The notes: generated by a model not told the origin, from the sequence alone. 64,000 nucleotides of DNA from Elusimicrobiota bacterium (GCA_037137395.1 JBAXKK010000001.1:29904-93903); one strand, 5' to 3'; positions 1 to 10,102 are shown, counted from the first letter of the stretch. Numbers and translations are program-made.

Positions 1-400
1 AATTTTCCGACACATGTTCGCAGCCGTATAATATGTTCAATATTTTCTCGCTGCAGGCTGAAGCTGAGGCGCCGGAAGATATGAGAACGCTCCGGCGCGG
101 CCCCGGCCGGGAAAGAATGGCCTCCAGTTTTTTAAAAGCCGGATCGCCGCGTGACGGGACGACAAAAATATATTCGGCCTCACCGGGATAATCCTGTTCT
201 AAAATGGAGTTGATGTTGGATTCTAAATTTTCCGGGGATCCCTTGCAGGGAACAATAACCGACACGCGGGCGGGAGGATCGCGGAAAGGTTTTGCGGGCC
301 GGGGTCGGGCGCGAAAAAAGAAACGCAGGGTGATCAGCAACTGCGCTGTTCCGACCGCGAGACAAGCGGATAACATTTCAACAGAAGAGGGAACGATCAT
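1..400 (-). CDS. GT2 family glycosyltransferase, ceramide-glucosyltransferase/HpnI-like; runs off the window edge
   Basis: Not in the ORF track. Manual translation from ATG at 400 gives MIVPSSVEMLSACLAVGTAQLLITLRFFF...VSVIVPCKGSPENLESNINSILEQDYPGEAEYIFVV...CSEKILNILYG, i.e. an N-terminal TM followed by the GT2 VSVIVP..G / LEQDYP motifs. The frame is open to position 1. Confidence 0.8.
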   Translation of the reverse strand, partial: MIVPSSVEMLSACLAVGTAQLLITLRFFFRARPRPAKPFRDPPARVSVIVPCKGSPENLESNINSILEQDYPGEAEYIFVVPSRGDPAFKKLEAILSRPGPRRSVLISSGASASACSEKILNILYGCEHVSEN

Positions 401-603
401 ATATTGATCCCGCACTTTCCCGAAAGGGGGTGAGAAGCGGGGGTCACCGGCTTATTTCCTTTAAGCGCCGAGAATAATGTGCCTGCGCCTATAATACCAA
501 AAATGGTTTCCGAGCGCACGGCGCGCGCAGCGCATTAAACGCATCCCTGTTTTAAGTCCTGTAGAACAGGCTTGAAGGGTGGTTTCCGCGTATAATTCCG
601 TGG

Positions 604-1650
604 TTATTTTTGGAAGTATTCCGCGCCGGTGTTGTCTATGTAAAATACTTTGCCCTCAAACACGGCTTTGGCCGCGCCGTTTTTGAAGCCCGAGACCTGA
701 TCATACTTAAATGGTATAACTTCCTTGCCAGTTTTATCAATGAAACCCCATTTAGTTTTCTGAAGGTCGCAGGCCTTTGTTACGGTGCCTTTGCAGATAT
801 TGCCGCTGCGCGGCTTTAAGACCGGGGCTAATCCTTCGCTGAAAGATGCGCACATAAAATAAGAAAATGGTATTTTTTCAAGTCCTTCCGTGTCTATGTA
901 TCCGCATCGGCCGGATGCGTCCAGTTGTCTTTCCGCGTGCGCCAGACCTTCGGTATAAGGCCCGATGTTGAAAAATTCTTTTGCCTTGAAAGATTTTGTT
1001 TCCAGACTGATAAATCCGTACTGCACGCGCAGGCGGGCTGAAGCGAAACCATCCTGAAAAGAAAAAGCTTCTTCATATACGGGGGGAATGGCCTCAACGC
1101 CGGTTTTGTAGATGTATCCGTATAAGCCACCCGTCTTTACTCTGGCCAAGCCCTGGCTGAACTGAAAGATTTCATCATATTTTGTAGGAGTGAACCGTTT
1201 GGAAGTAATATCCAACACACCCCAGCGCCCGTCTTTTTTTGCCCCTGACAGGCCTTCGCTCACCTGCATAGCGCTTTCGTATTCAAAAGGGATCACGGTA
1301 CGCCCGGTCTTGTCTATATACCCCCATGCGCCTTTCAGTTTTACCGGGGCCAAACCTTCGCTGAATTCCCCGGCAGCCTGGTAGGATATTGGTGATATCA
1401 GTTTGCCGGCCGTGCCTATATAATTGTATCTGCCTCCGGATATCACCATGGCCAGGCCCTCACGGAATGGCCAGGCAAAATTAAAGCGCGGCCGGATAAT
1501 GACTTTTTTAGCTTTATCCGCGTAACCCCATAGGTGCCCGAATCTGTAGGGCATGAGAGGAGTGTCCGTTCCCTGGGCGTAAAGCACGGGCGTATAAGAA
1601 GATAGCAGGCAAATACAAAGGATGAGAGGTTTCATTTTGCGGCTCCCCAT
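604..1650 (-). CDS. Secreted WG-repeat (KWG-type) protein
   Basis: Signal peptide followed by repeated FSEGLA.V...WGYIDKTG..VIP units. Confidence 0.9.
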   Translation of the reverse strand: MGSRKMKPLILCICLLSSYTPVLYAQGTDTPLMPYRFGHLWGYADKAKKVIIRPRFNFAWPFREGLAMVISGGRYNYIGTAGKLISPISYQAAGEFSEGLAPVKLKGAWGYIDKTGRTVIPFEYESAMQVSEGLSGAKKDGRWGVLDITSKRFTPTKYDEIFQFSQGLARVKTGGLYGYIYKTGVEAIPPVYEEAFSFQDGFASARLRVQYGFISLETKSFKAKEFFNIGPYTEGLAHAERQLDASGRCGYIDTEGLEKIPFSYFMCASFSEGLAPVLKPRSGNICKGTVTKACDLQKTKWGFIDKTGKEVIPFKYDQVSGFKNGAAKAVFEGKVFYIDNTGAEYFQK

Positions 1651-1864
1651 TTTTACCAGAACATTGCTCCACCCGCGGCACCTCGCCGGATCCGCAGGCT
1701 GCTATTGGTGGAACTGATTTAATCTTATCACCTTTTCCCGGTATTATTCAAACTTCGGCATGCTATCATCCCCGCCGCGGCCGGCGCATTTTTGTATAAT
1801 GGATTTTCACCCCGATGCTTTGGCTTTCTTTGGAAAAAATGAGGGGGTTAAGTCAGGAGAACGC

Positions 1865-2350
1865 ATGAAAAAAAAGGTAGCCGTTTATCCGGGCAGTTTT
1901 GACCCCGTAACTTTCGGGCATCTTGATATTATAGATCGCGCCTCAAAGATCTTTGACCAGTTAATCGTAAGCGTTTTCGTGAACAGCGCGAAAAAACCGA
2001 TGTTCACGGTTGAGGAGCGCGTAGCCATGCTTAAGGCCGTGCTGAAAGGCAGAAAAAATGTGACAGTGGACTATTTTGAGGGGCTGCTGGTGGATTATGT
2101 ACGACGCAAAAAAACCAAGGTTGTAGTGCGGGGCCTGCGGGCTATCTCAGACCTTGAGCATGAGTTTCAGATAGCCGGAATCAACCGCACTCTTTACCGC
2201 GAAATAGAGACCGTGTTCTTCATGCCGCGACAGCGCTACTCCTACCTGTCATCAAGCGTGGTGCGCGACATCGCTCATTTTAAAGGCGACGTTTCAAAAC
2301 TGGCGCCGCCTTCCGTTGTTAAAGCCATCTCGGCTAAGAGAGCCGGATAA
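1865..2350 (+). CDS. coaD: Pantetheine-phosphate adenylyltransferase
   Basis: YPGSFDPVTFGHLDII, RGLRAISDLEHE and SSSVVR motifs. AGGAG precedes ATG 1865, so the start was shortened from 1760. Confidence 0.97.
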   Translation: MKKKVAVYPGSFDPVTFGHLDIIDRASKIFDQLIVSVFVNSAKKPMFTVEERVAMLKAVLKGRKNVTVDYFEGLLVDYVRRKKTKVVVRGLRAISDLEHEFQIAGINRTLYREIETVFFMPRQRYSYLSSSVVRDIAHFKGDVSKLAPPSVVKAISAKRAG

Positions 2351-2383
2351 AGGAAAGTCGGCGTCAGTCTTTTTGTCTAAGAA

Positions 2384-3031
2384 TTAATGATCAGTGCTGG
2401 CCGGCGGCCACTGGAACTCTGAAGCCTGCCAGCGACAGCGCGCATCCGGGGTTTCACATTCGGATTTTGTCAAACGATTAGAACAATAGGTAAGTTCGTG
2501 TCCGCCTGTATTGTCCACGCAGTTACCATTTACCGTCTCCCTTCTAAAGGGCTCCTGCGCGAAGCCTTTTAAAACAATTTCCCAGCTTGCCTTGGAAATA
2601 TCGCCGCCGGCGAAAGAATCTGGAACGCTAAATTGTTCACATGTTCTGAACGGGTGGTAATTCGCCTTATATCCTCCGTTATTATCCCACTCGGTCCGTA
2701 TGAAAAAGGCCATCTCCGCCTTTTTGGGGGATATGCCGGGATCGTTTGTCTTGAGCATATAGCCCGCTCCTGTATTCTTAAGAGGCAAAATCAAGGGGTT
2801 TGTCTCCACTCCCACCCAGGCGTTGATAACATCAGGGCCTTGTTTTGCCAGTTTACCGTTCGCGCGATAGCCGAACACTTTATACACGCTGTTGGCGTGC
2901 GTATTAACTTCAGCGTAGAATGATGGTCCGTCAGAGCAGGTTGTCACCGTCTGGTCTCCGGGGGCAAATTGCGCGCTTGCCGCGGAAATAGGCATGACGC
3001 AGAACAACAACAGGATCGCTTTCTTTTTCAT
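2384..3031 (-). CDS. Secreted hypothetical protein with Cys-rich C-terminus
   Basis: Signal peptide MKKKAILLLFCVMPISAASA; GGAGGAG RBS upstream; four Cys in the last ~45 aa. Confidence 0.7.
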   Translation of the reverse strand: MKKKAILLLFCVMPISAASAQFAPGDQTVTTCSDGPSFYAEVNTHANSVYKVFGYRANGKLAKQGPDVINAWVGVETNPLILPLKNTGAGYMLKTNDPGISPKKAEMAFFIRTEWDNNGGYKANYHPFRTCEQFSVPDSFAGGDISKASWEIVLKGFAQEPFRRETVNGNCVDNTGGHELTYCSNRLTKSECETPDARCRWQASEFQWPPASTDH

Positions 3032-3169
3032 ATACTCCTCCTCTGGGGATTTGACTACAAAAATATTATATCGCGGGAATTAAAAAATACGGTATCGCTA
3101 TATCCTCAAAAAATAATCCGGTGGGTTTGCGCAAAACAAAAGGCCTGCTTAATTGCTAGTATTGGAGAT

Positions 3170-4096
3170 ATGAACGCAACACCGGAACACAAATTAAAGT
3201 CCGTCTCTTCTAAGGACATATCTTTTCAGGCCGAAGGCCTGATAGTGGATGAATTTAAGGACCTTAAATCTTCATTGGGGATAGTTTATTACAAGGTAGG
3301 GCCTGATTTCGCGAGTTCGGAGGCTTTGCCGCGCCCAGCGCTCATATTCGCGAGATGTCATTCAATAATTGACGTCGCGATTCCCGGCTCCAATCCTCCC
3401 GTTCAGCTTGACGCGCTTGCGACCATGCTAATCCCCGCAGGAACCGGGATCCGATTGAAATCCGTAACCGAGATATCGCATTTGGCGGTATTATGCCCAA
3501 GTCGTGCGCTGATTAAAAAAACCGCGAAAATTTACAAGATCCCCGCCAAATCACTTCTTGCTGTTTTCGGCAAGACAAAAATAATTAAGCGGACGAACTG
3601 GCTCAATGAAATCGTCCATCGCTTTATCTTTGAGCGCATTGAGGCCGGCAACAGCGCCAATGAGGCGACCGCGTTTTTGGAGACGGAAATTTTGAAGGAA
3701 ATTTATTACATCGCGGAAACATTTAAACCGTCAAAGAATGTTTTTAATCTGGAGGCGGGCAGCTTGTATGATAATGTTCCGATACTTAAGCGGGCGTTAA
3801 ATTATATAGAAACCCATCTTTTTTCCGAGGTGACGATGACCGAGCTGGCAAAACACGCTCTTACCAGCGAGGCTACATTGCTAAGGGTTTTCAGCAAAGA
3901 ATTTTCGAAATCACCGTTTAACTATATCGCTGACCGGCGCCTTGATGAATCTCTGGCGCTGATCCGCAATAAAAAATATTCCGTCGGCGAAATTTCCGAC
4001 ATTGTCGGCTATAAAACAGTCAGCGGATTTATATCGGCTTTCAGGAAAAGATTTAAATCAACTCCTTTAGCGTGGCGAAACAGCCGAAAAAAATAA
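3170..4096 (+). CDS. AraC/XylS family transcriptional regulator
   Basis: C-terminal double HTH (LAKHALTSEATLLRVF...YSVGEISDIVGYKTVSGFISAFRKRFKSTP). GGAG precedes ATG 3170. Confidence 0.9.
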   Translation: MNATPEHKLKSVSSKDISFQAEGLIVDEFKDLKSSLGIVYYKVGPDFASSEALPRPALIFARCHSIIDVAIPGSNPPVQLDALATMLIPAGTGIRLKSVTEISHLAVLCPSRALIKKTAKIYKIPAKSLLAVFGKTKIIKRTNWLNEIVHRFIFERIEAGNSANEATAFLETEILKEIYYIAETFKPSKNVFNLEAGSLYDNVPILKRALNYIETHLFSEVTMTELAKHALTSEATLLRVFSKEFSKSPFNYIADRRLDESLALIRNKKYSVGEISDIVGYKTVSGFISAFRKRFKSTPLAWRNSRKK

Positions 4097-4117
4097 AAAA
4101 TGCGGAGAGCGCGGGGC

Positions 4118-5548
4118 TCACTTGCTCCACACGGCGTCGGTCCAGGTCACGAATTCATCCCACTGTGAGGCCCTGGAAAGCGCCAGGTCCGCGTACTTGG
4201 TTTGGGAGACGGCTGCCAGTTGAGGGGGCACGGGTTTTATTTTCATGGTCATATTGATGGCTATGCCTCCCACTTTACCGTAGTCGTAGCCGTTTACGGT
4301 GTCGCTGTTAAGGCCCAGGCTGCGTATCACAAGCTTGTTTTTTATGAAGGTCCGCAGGCTTTCGGCGGCCTGGCGGGTTTCCTGATTCTTAGCGTTAGCT
4401 CCCGTTATGCCGGCAAAGTCGTAAAGATCTGCGTAAGGGGCTATCATCTTCTTCTTGTCCTTCTTCGGATCGAGGCTGGCGAAGCGGATCGTTCCGGCTA
4501 TCGCGGTTTTTACGGCCTCAGTTTCGTTATTGCGCATGGCCGCTCCCGCGAAGGCGTCAAGGTAGGCCGGCAGGTCGTTAAGTGCAGCCGGGCGCAGGGT
4601 TGAAATGGTGGCTGTTATGGTATTAAGCGGCATATGCGCGAAGCCCACGCTGGCGCCTTCCGCGTAAAAATCGCGCTCCCAATTGATGAAGAAATCGCTT
4701 ATTTGCACGTTGTCGGCGCCGGTGTTGGCGTTCATAAAGTTCAGGAGTTTCTCGTAGTCAAAGCCGTAGGCCAGCATAGTCTCTTCAGAGGCTATTATCA
4801 GTCCGGTGTTATCCTTAACTTCATAGGCCACTTCGGCCATCTGCATCAGGCAGGCGTTCATGGCGAACACATCCACATATCCGCCCTGGCGCAGTATTTC
4901 GCCCAGTTCGCCGGTGCGGACATAGTTCTTGGTCTCATCATCAAAAAGTATGCCCTTGTCGGTAGTGGCGGTTCCGGCCCCCGGAATCTCCATCACCGGG
5001 TCTATCCAGCCGAGGCCGTGGTTCCAGAGGATGAGCATATATTTCCTGGAGGGGAAGGTTTGCTTGGACCATTTTACGAAGTCTATAACGCGCTTATAGT
5101 CCCCCATGTCGGCTTTGGGGTCCTGGCTGTAAACTTTTTCGCCGCTGGAGAAAAGGCCACCCTTGCCCACCAGCATGCGCTTTGAGCCCTTGCCCGTGGT
5201 GCCGAATTCCACTACCACGTTTACTTTGTCGGTGGTTCCGACTTTTTTCATTTCGGCTATATCTTTTTCGGCCCATTTGCCGGCAAGTCCAAACGCGGCG
5301 CTTTGGCTGAGGTTGTTTTTTGAATTCATAAAGACCATTATGGTCCACTCTTTCTGAATATCGGCCCTTGACGGGGCTATTTGTTTTTGGGAAGCGGGCG
5401 CGGCGAACCGATCAGCCGCGATAGCGGCCTTTATTTCATCCGCGTTTATTTCATTAAGGTTGAAAGAGTTCTGCGCCTTTAAACCTGAAACTATAAAAAA
5501 CAGGAAAGCCGGGGTGGCTATAGCGATTTTGCCGATAATTTTTTTCAT
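4118..5548 (-). CDS. Secreted clostripain-family (peptidase C11) cysteine protease, paralogue 1
   Basis: KEWTIMVFMNSKNNL, catalytic WNHG and NACLM, ASEE; signal peptide; GGAGG before ATG 5548. Confidence 0.9.
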   Translation of the reverse strand: MKKIIGKIAIATPAFLFFIVSGLKAQNSFNLNEINADEIKAAIAADRFAAPASQKQIAPSRADIQKEWTIMVFMNSKNNLSQSAAFGLAGKWAEKDIAEMKKVGTTDKVNVVVEFGTTGKGSKRMLVGKGGLFSSGEKVYSQDPKADMGDYKRVIDFVKWSKQTFPSRKYMLILWNHGLGWIDPVMEIPGAGTATTDKGILFDDETKNYVRTGELGEILRQGGYVDVFAMNACLMQMAEVAYEVKDNTGLIIASEETMLAYGFDYEKLLNFMNANTGADNVQISDFFINWERDFYAEGASVGFAHMPLNTITATISTLRPAALNDLPAYLDAFAGAAMRNNETEAVKTAIAGTIRFASLDPKKDKKKMIAPYADLYDFAGITGANAKNQETRQAAESLRTFIKNKLVIRSLGLNSDTVNGYDYGKVGGIAINMTMKIKPVPPQLAAVSQTKYADLALSRASQWDEFVTWTDAVWSK

Positions 5549-5576
5549 TTGATGCCTCCGCATTATTTATAAATAT

Positions 5577-5666
5577 AGTTTACCCGTTATTCCCGAGGGC
5601 CATAAGGGGCCAAAGGCCCAGAAAGGGCCGCTTTAGGACCCATGGCGGTGTGGGTCTTATGCCATA
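5577..5666 (-). promoter_or_regulatory. Clostripain-1 promoter: three quasi-palindromic 16-bp boxes plus TAAACT -10
   Basis: Boxes at 5651-5666, 5627-5642 and 5605-5620 (TGGGCCTTTGGCCCCT on minus); -10 TAAACT at 5582-5577. Same layout as at 34858-34947. Confidence 0.6.
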
Positions 5667-5784
5667 ATCTGAAAACGATTGGGAATGGGCGGCGCTTTGG
5701 CAATTTTACCAACTGATGAAATTAGGGCTATAATATAGACATTCGTTACGAATCATTCCAAGTCTTGGCGTAGATGGAGGACAT

Positions 5785-7746
5785 ATGGACGATAACGCTC
5801 CTGTTTTTGATTATACACCTGAGAGCATCAGGGCTTTGGCCGACAAGGTCATAAACGATTTTGAGTCCGGCGTAAAAGGTCTTGCTCTCCTCTCCAAAGA
5901 AAATCGGGATTTCAATAACACTGTGCTGGCTTTTGAGCGCGCGGTAAGCGATTTCAGCGAAGCTGTTAACATCCCAATAGCCATGGCTTATGTTTCGGAT
6001 AACGCCGAAGTGCGTAAAGCCGCGCAGGAGCTGGAGTTGAGGATCAGCCAATATTCGGTGGATATTTTTACCCGGGAGGATATTTTTAACGCTCTAAACG
6101 AATACGCCGCCAAAGGAGAGAAACTCGGGGAGGTTGAAAGCCGCCTGCTTTCAAAAACTCTGCTGGATTTTAAAAAGAACGGCCTCGGTCTGGAGCCCAA
6201 AAAAAAGAACAAGGTCAAAAAACTACTGAAGGAGCTTATAGAGCTGGAACTCAGTTTCTCCAAAAATTTGCGCGAAGTCAACGATAGCCTGCAACTGACC
6301 CTTGAAGAGCTGAAGGGGATGCCGGAAGACTTTATCAGCCGCCTTAAAAAAAATTCGGACGGCAAGTATCTCGTCACTATGAATTATCCGGATTATATCC
6401 CGTTCATGGACAACGCGGAATCGGACGGGGCCAGAAAGCGGTTGGAAGCCATGTTCAACGACCGCTGCGCTGCTGTCAATGTCAGGCTGATGGAAGACGC
6501 AATCGTCCTCAGGCGCAAGATCGCCGTGCTTATCGGCTATCCTAACTTCGCGGATTACATGCTGGACGACCGCATGGCCAAGAACAGCGCTAATGTAATA
6601 GAGTTTCTTGAACGCACCTGGGCCAAGCTCAGGAAGAAGGGCCGCAAAGAACTGCGCCAGCGGGCAAAGTTGAAGAACACGCGCGTCGGCGGGCTGGATA
6701 AGACACTGGACGCTTGGGAATGGCGCTATTATAACAACCAGCTCAAGAAAGAAAAGTACGCCCTGGACCACGAGAAGATAAAGGAATATTTTCCGCTGGA
6801 GACCGTAATCAAGGGGATGTTTGATGTTTTCGGGCGCGTGTTCGCCGTAAAGTTTGAGCCGGCGGATCTGCCCGTATGGCATAAGGACGCGCGCGCTTAC
6901 AAGGTGAAAAATGTTGACGGGTCCACGGCCGCCTATTTCTACTTTGACCTGTTCCCGCGCGACGGAAAGTACAAGCACGCCGCGTGCTTCGGGCTGCGCC
7001 ACGGCCGCGAAGACAAAGACGGAGCCTACATCGTGCCGGCCGCGGCTATCGTGGCTAATTTCCCCAGCCCATGCGCCGGCGCTCCTTCGCTGATGAAATT
7101 CGACGATCTGGTGACGCTGTTCCACGAATTCGGCCATGTCACGCATAATATTTTCACAAAGGCTAAATACGGCAAGTTCTCCGGCACCAGCGTCTCGCGC
7201 GATTTTGTGGAAGTGCCCTCCAAGATGCTGGAGAACTGGGCCTATTACGGCGAAGTTCTTAAGCAGGTCTCCGGGCATTATAAAAGGCCGGAAGAGAAAC
7301 TTCCGGACGGCCTCATAAAAAAAATCATAAGCACTAAAAACATGGACTCAGGGCTGGTTTATCTCAGACAGATCTTTTTCAGCATTCTTGACCTCAGGTA
7401 TCACACCGCTAAAGGAAAGGTGGACACCACCAGGCTTTATGAGAAGCTGATGAAAAAAATATCCCTCATCCCGATGAGTTCCGGCACGCACCCGGCCGCG
7501 AGTTTCGGCCACCTGATGGGCGGCTACGAGGCCGGCTATTACAGCTATCTCTGGTCTGAGTTGATCGCGGCGGACCTTTTCTCCGTTTTTGAGGAGAAAG
7601 GGATCATGGATCCCGCCACCGGCGCCCGCTACCGCGAACTTATACTCGCGCCGGGCAGAAGTTACGACGAGGCCGGCCAGGTGGAAAAGTTTCTGGGCCG
7701 ACCCGCCGCAGAAGAGGCGTTCCTGAGGAGCATAGACGCTGCGTAA
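5785..7746 (+). CDS. M3 family metallopeptidase (thimet oligopeptidase-like)
   Basis: FHEFGH zinc motif, DLFPRDGKYKHAA, DFVEVPS, FGHLMGGYEAGYYSYLWS; GGAGG RBS. Confidence 0.95.
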   Translation: MDDNAPVFDYTPESIRALADKVINDFESGVKGLALLSKENRDFNNTVLAFERAVSDFSEAVNIPIAMAYVSDNAEVRKAAQELELRISQYSVDIFTREDIFNALNEYAAKGEKLGEVESRLLSKTLLDFKKNGLGLEPKKKNKVKKLLKELIELELSFSKNLREVNDSLQLTLEELKGMPEDFISRLKKNSDGKYLVTMNYPDYIPFMDNAESDGARKRLEAMFNDRCAAVNVRLMEDAIVLRRKIAVLIGYPNFADYMLDDRMAKNSANVIEFLERTWAKLRKKGRKELRQRAKLKNTRVGGLDKTLDAWEWRYYNNQLKKEKYALDHEKIKEYFPLETVIKGMFDVFGRVFAVKFEPADLPVWHKDARAYKVKNVDGSTAAYFYFDLFPRDGKYKHAACFGLRHGREDKDGAYIVPAAAIVANFPSPCAGAPSLMKFDDLVTLFHEFGHVTHNIFTKAKYGKFSGTSVSRDFVEVPSKMLENWAYYGEVLKQVSGHYKRPEEKLPDGLIKKIISTKNMDSGLVYLRQIFFSILDLRYHTAKGKVDTTRLYEKLMKKISLIPMSSGTHPAASFGHLMGGYEAGYYSYLWSELIAADLFSVFEEKGIMDPATGARYRELILAPGRSYDEAGQVEKFLGRPAAEEAFLRSIDAA

Positions 7747-7763
7747 GCGGCTGTTCCAGCCGC

Positions 7764-7879
7764 GCTATAAGGCCGTAAGCCATAAGCAGAAAGACAGCGG
7801 TCAAAGAAGCTATACGTTCAGAGATAGCGCGACAGAGTATCTGATTTGAGGTTTCTGCGTATGGCATAACGCATATGGC
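7764..7879. repeat. Heptamer-periodic inverted-arm element (GCCATAA / TTATGGC type)
   Basis: Left gctataa-ggccgtaa-gccataa-gcagaaa (7764-7792); right tttctgc-gtatggc-ataacgc-atatggc (7852-7879). Confidence 0.65.
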
Positions 7880-7907
7880 GAGTGGCAAAAATGCCCGGCA
7901 TTTTTTT

Positions 7908-8906
7908 ATGAAAACCAAATTATCCATCATCGGCGGCCTGGTAATCAGCGCGGCATTACTTTATTTTGCCTTCAGGAATATTAATTTCAGCAAGCTGGCT
8001 GAAATATATTCGCGCGTCAATCCTCTGATCATAATACCGGCCTTTTTTGTTGTGCTGTTGGAGATGTCCCTTAGGGGGCTGAGGTGGAAACTTCTGCTTG
8101 ACCCGGCCAGGCCCGTGCGGTTCTGGGACGCGTTTCGGCTGGAAGCCGCGGGATTGGCTTTAAGCAATGTTCTGCCGCTGCGTCTGGGCGAAATAGTCCG
8201 CGGCACTTTCGGCGCCGGGCTTTTCGGTATCCCGGTAGTTACGGTTTTCGCCACGATCCTTGTTGAGCGCGCGCTGGATACCATCGTTCTGGTCATCCTC
8301 TTCGTGCTGGCGGCCAGATTAGGCGGCATTACCGGGGGTTTCATCAGCTACGGTGGCTATTTCTGGGTCCTGCTCGGGGGGCTTCTGGCCGGCCTGCTGA
8401 CACTGGTGTTTATAGATGAAATCATGACCCACCGGTTCTTTTCCGGATTTTTCAATAAATTTCCGCGCGTAACCAAAGGGCTGGGGCATCTGGCCCTGGG
8501 GGTCAGAGCCTTCCATTCCTTTAAGACCGCGGCCGCCGTGGTCGCGCTGGCGGCCGGGCAGTGGATGCTTGACGCGCTGAACTTCTACCTGGTGGCCCGC
8601 GCCTTCGGCATAAGCGACATAGTAAATGGTTTCAGGTGTGTGATCCTGCTTTTCAGCTCCGCGGTTGCGGTATCCATCCCCGGCATGCCGGGGTATTTCG
8701 GCAATTTTGAATTTGCCATCGCCAAAGTGGCCGGTTCCTGGGGAGTGAACCGGGAAGTGGCTTTCGCGTACGCCACCTTTGTGCATGTGCTTGGGTATAT
8801 TTTTGTCACCGTCGCCGGCATGATATTCGTTTACCAGATGGGCCAGTCGCTCGGCAAGGTGTGGGCGCAATTTTCGGGGAAAAAGATTGACGGGATTAAG
8901 GGTTAA
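7908..8906 (+). CDS. Lysylphosphatidylglycerol-synthase-TM / flippase-like (UPF0104) membrane protein
   Basis: LRGLRWKLLL, NVLPLRLGEIVR, ERALD and PGMPGYFGNFE motifs; multiple TM segments. Confidence 0.88.
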   Translation: MKTKLSIIGGLVISAALLYFAFRNINFSKLAEIYSRVNPLIIIPAFFVVLLEMSLRGLRWKLLLDPARPVRFWDAFRLEAAGLALSNVLPLRLGEIVRGTFGAGLFGIPVVTVFATILVERALDTIVLVILFVLAARLGGITGGFISYGGYFWVLLGGLLAGLLTLVFIDEIMTHRFFSGFFNKFPRVTKGLGHLALGVRAFHSFKTAAAVVALAAGQWMLDALNFYLVARAFGISDIVNGFRCVILLFSSAVAVSIPGMPGYFGNFEFAIAKVAGSWGVNREVAFAYATFVHVLGYIFVTVAGMIFVYQMGQSLGKVWAQFSGKKIDGIKG

Positions 8907-8938
8907 GGATCTATGCTCAGGGCTGACCCTACCGACTG

Positions 8939-10102
8939 TTGATTATGCTAGAGATAAAATCCGTTCTGATGCTGATACAGAGCTTTTCACCGGCCATCGG
9001 GGGCGCGGAAAAACAGGCGCTTGAATTATCGCGCTCGCTGGTTTCAAGGGGGATCCGGGTGACGGTTATTACCCGGCGTGTGGGAGATACCGCGGCTGAA
9101 GAAATGATGGGCGGCGTGCGAGTTGTAAGGTTGAAGGTTTTGGGTTCGGGATTTATGGACACCTGCTCTTTTATGGCCGGAAGTTTTTTTTATCTTCTAA
9201 AACATGCCGCGCAATACGATGTTGTGCATGTTCATATAGCCTCATCTCACACCGTAGCCGCGCTGCTGGCCGGGTGGTTTACCGGCAAAAAAACGCTGGT
9301 GAAACTTGCCGATGGGAAAGAACAAAATGAAATAACGCTGTCAAGAAAAAATATTCTGGGCCGCATGAAACTTAAATTTTTCCAGTTCTCCAAGCCGCGG
9401 CTTATGGTGCTGAACGGCGAAGTTTTCGACTGGCTGAGCGGAATGGAGGAGTTCAGAGGGCTGCGTCTGATCCGGTTCCGTAACGGGGTGAATACGCTTA
9501 AATACGCGCCGGTGTTGTATCAGGCAAAAATAAACGCCAAGACCGTGCTTGGCTTTGATAACGCTCCAATTTTCCTATTTGTGGGCCGGCTTGATCCTAA
9601 GAAAAGAATAAAGGAATTTGTTGAACTCTGGGCTGAGATATTTTCAGAAGCAATGCTGAAACCAAAAATACGCCTTGTGATAGTCGGGACCGGCCCGGAA
9701 GAAGGGCAGATACGAGATGCCGTCTCAAGCCTGGGGCTTAAAGAGAGCGTGACGCTGACGGGCGTGCAGCATGATTTGCTGCCGTATTACAGCGCCGCCG
9801 ACGTTTTTATCCTGCCGTCTATAGCGGAGGGGCTCTCTAATTCCATGCTGGAGGCGATGTCTTGCGGCCTGGCCATTATGGCTAGCCGGGTGGGCGGGGC
9901 CAGAGAAGCGGTTATAGAGGGAGAGAACGGATGTCTTTTTGATCCATTGAACCGTGGTGAGATAAAAGAGTGTTTGAGAAAATATATCGTCGACAGCAAT
10001 CTGGCGGTAAGAATGGGTGAAAAATCGCGTGAAATAGCCGTGAATACCTATTCCATGGCAAAAGTCACGGATGAGCTGATAGAGATATATAAAAGGCGCT
10101 AG
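8939..10102 (+). CDS. GT4 family glycosyltransferase
   Basis: GGAEKQ, FVGRL, DVFILPSIAEGLSNSMLEAMSCG. Confidence 0.93.
   Translation: MIMLEIKSVLMLIQSFSPAIGGAEKQALELSRSLVSRGIRVTVITRRVGDTAAEEMMGGVRVVRLKVLGSGFMDTCSFMAGSFFYLLKHAAQYDVVHVHIASSHTVAALLAGWFTGKKTLVKLADGKEQNEITLSRKNILGRMKLKFFQFSKPRLMVLNGEVFDWLSGMEEFRGLRLIRFRNGVNTLKYAPVLYQAKINAKTVLGFDNAPIFLFVGRLDPKKRIKEFVELWAEIFSEAMLKPKIRLVIVGTGPEEGQIRDAVSSLGLKESVTLTGVQHDLLPYYSAADVFILPSIAEGLSNSMLEAMSCGLAIMASRVGGAREAVIEGENGCLFDPLNRGEIKECLRKYIVDSNLAVRMGEKSREIAVNTYSMAKVTDELIEIYKRR

Noticed and set aside
604-1650. Internal DNA repeats in the WG-repeat gene as a diversity-generating-retroelement target
   Set aside because: They are explained by the protein repeats; no near-identical template repeat or reverse transcriptase is present.
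2969-3169. N-terminal extension of the AraC ORF (likewise coaD from 1760, trmL from 12162, secA from 29641)
   Set aside because: These extensions overlap divergent genes, promoters or repeats; downstream ATGs fit the family starts better.
6223-7278. 351-aa antisense ORF
   Set aside because: It shadows the well-supported M3 peptidase and has no motifs.
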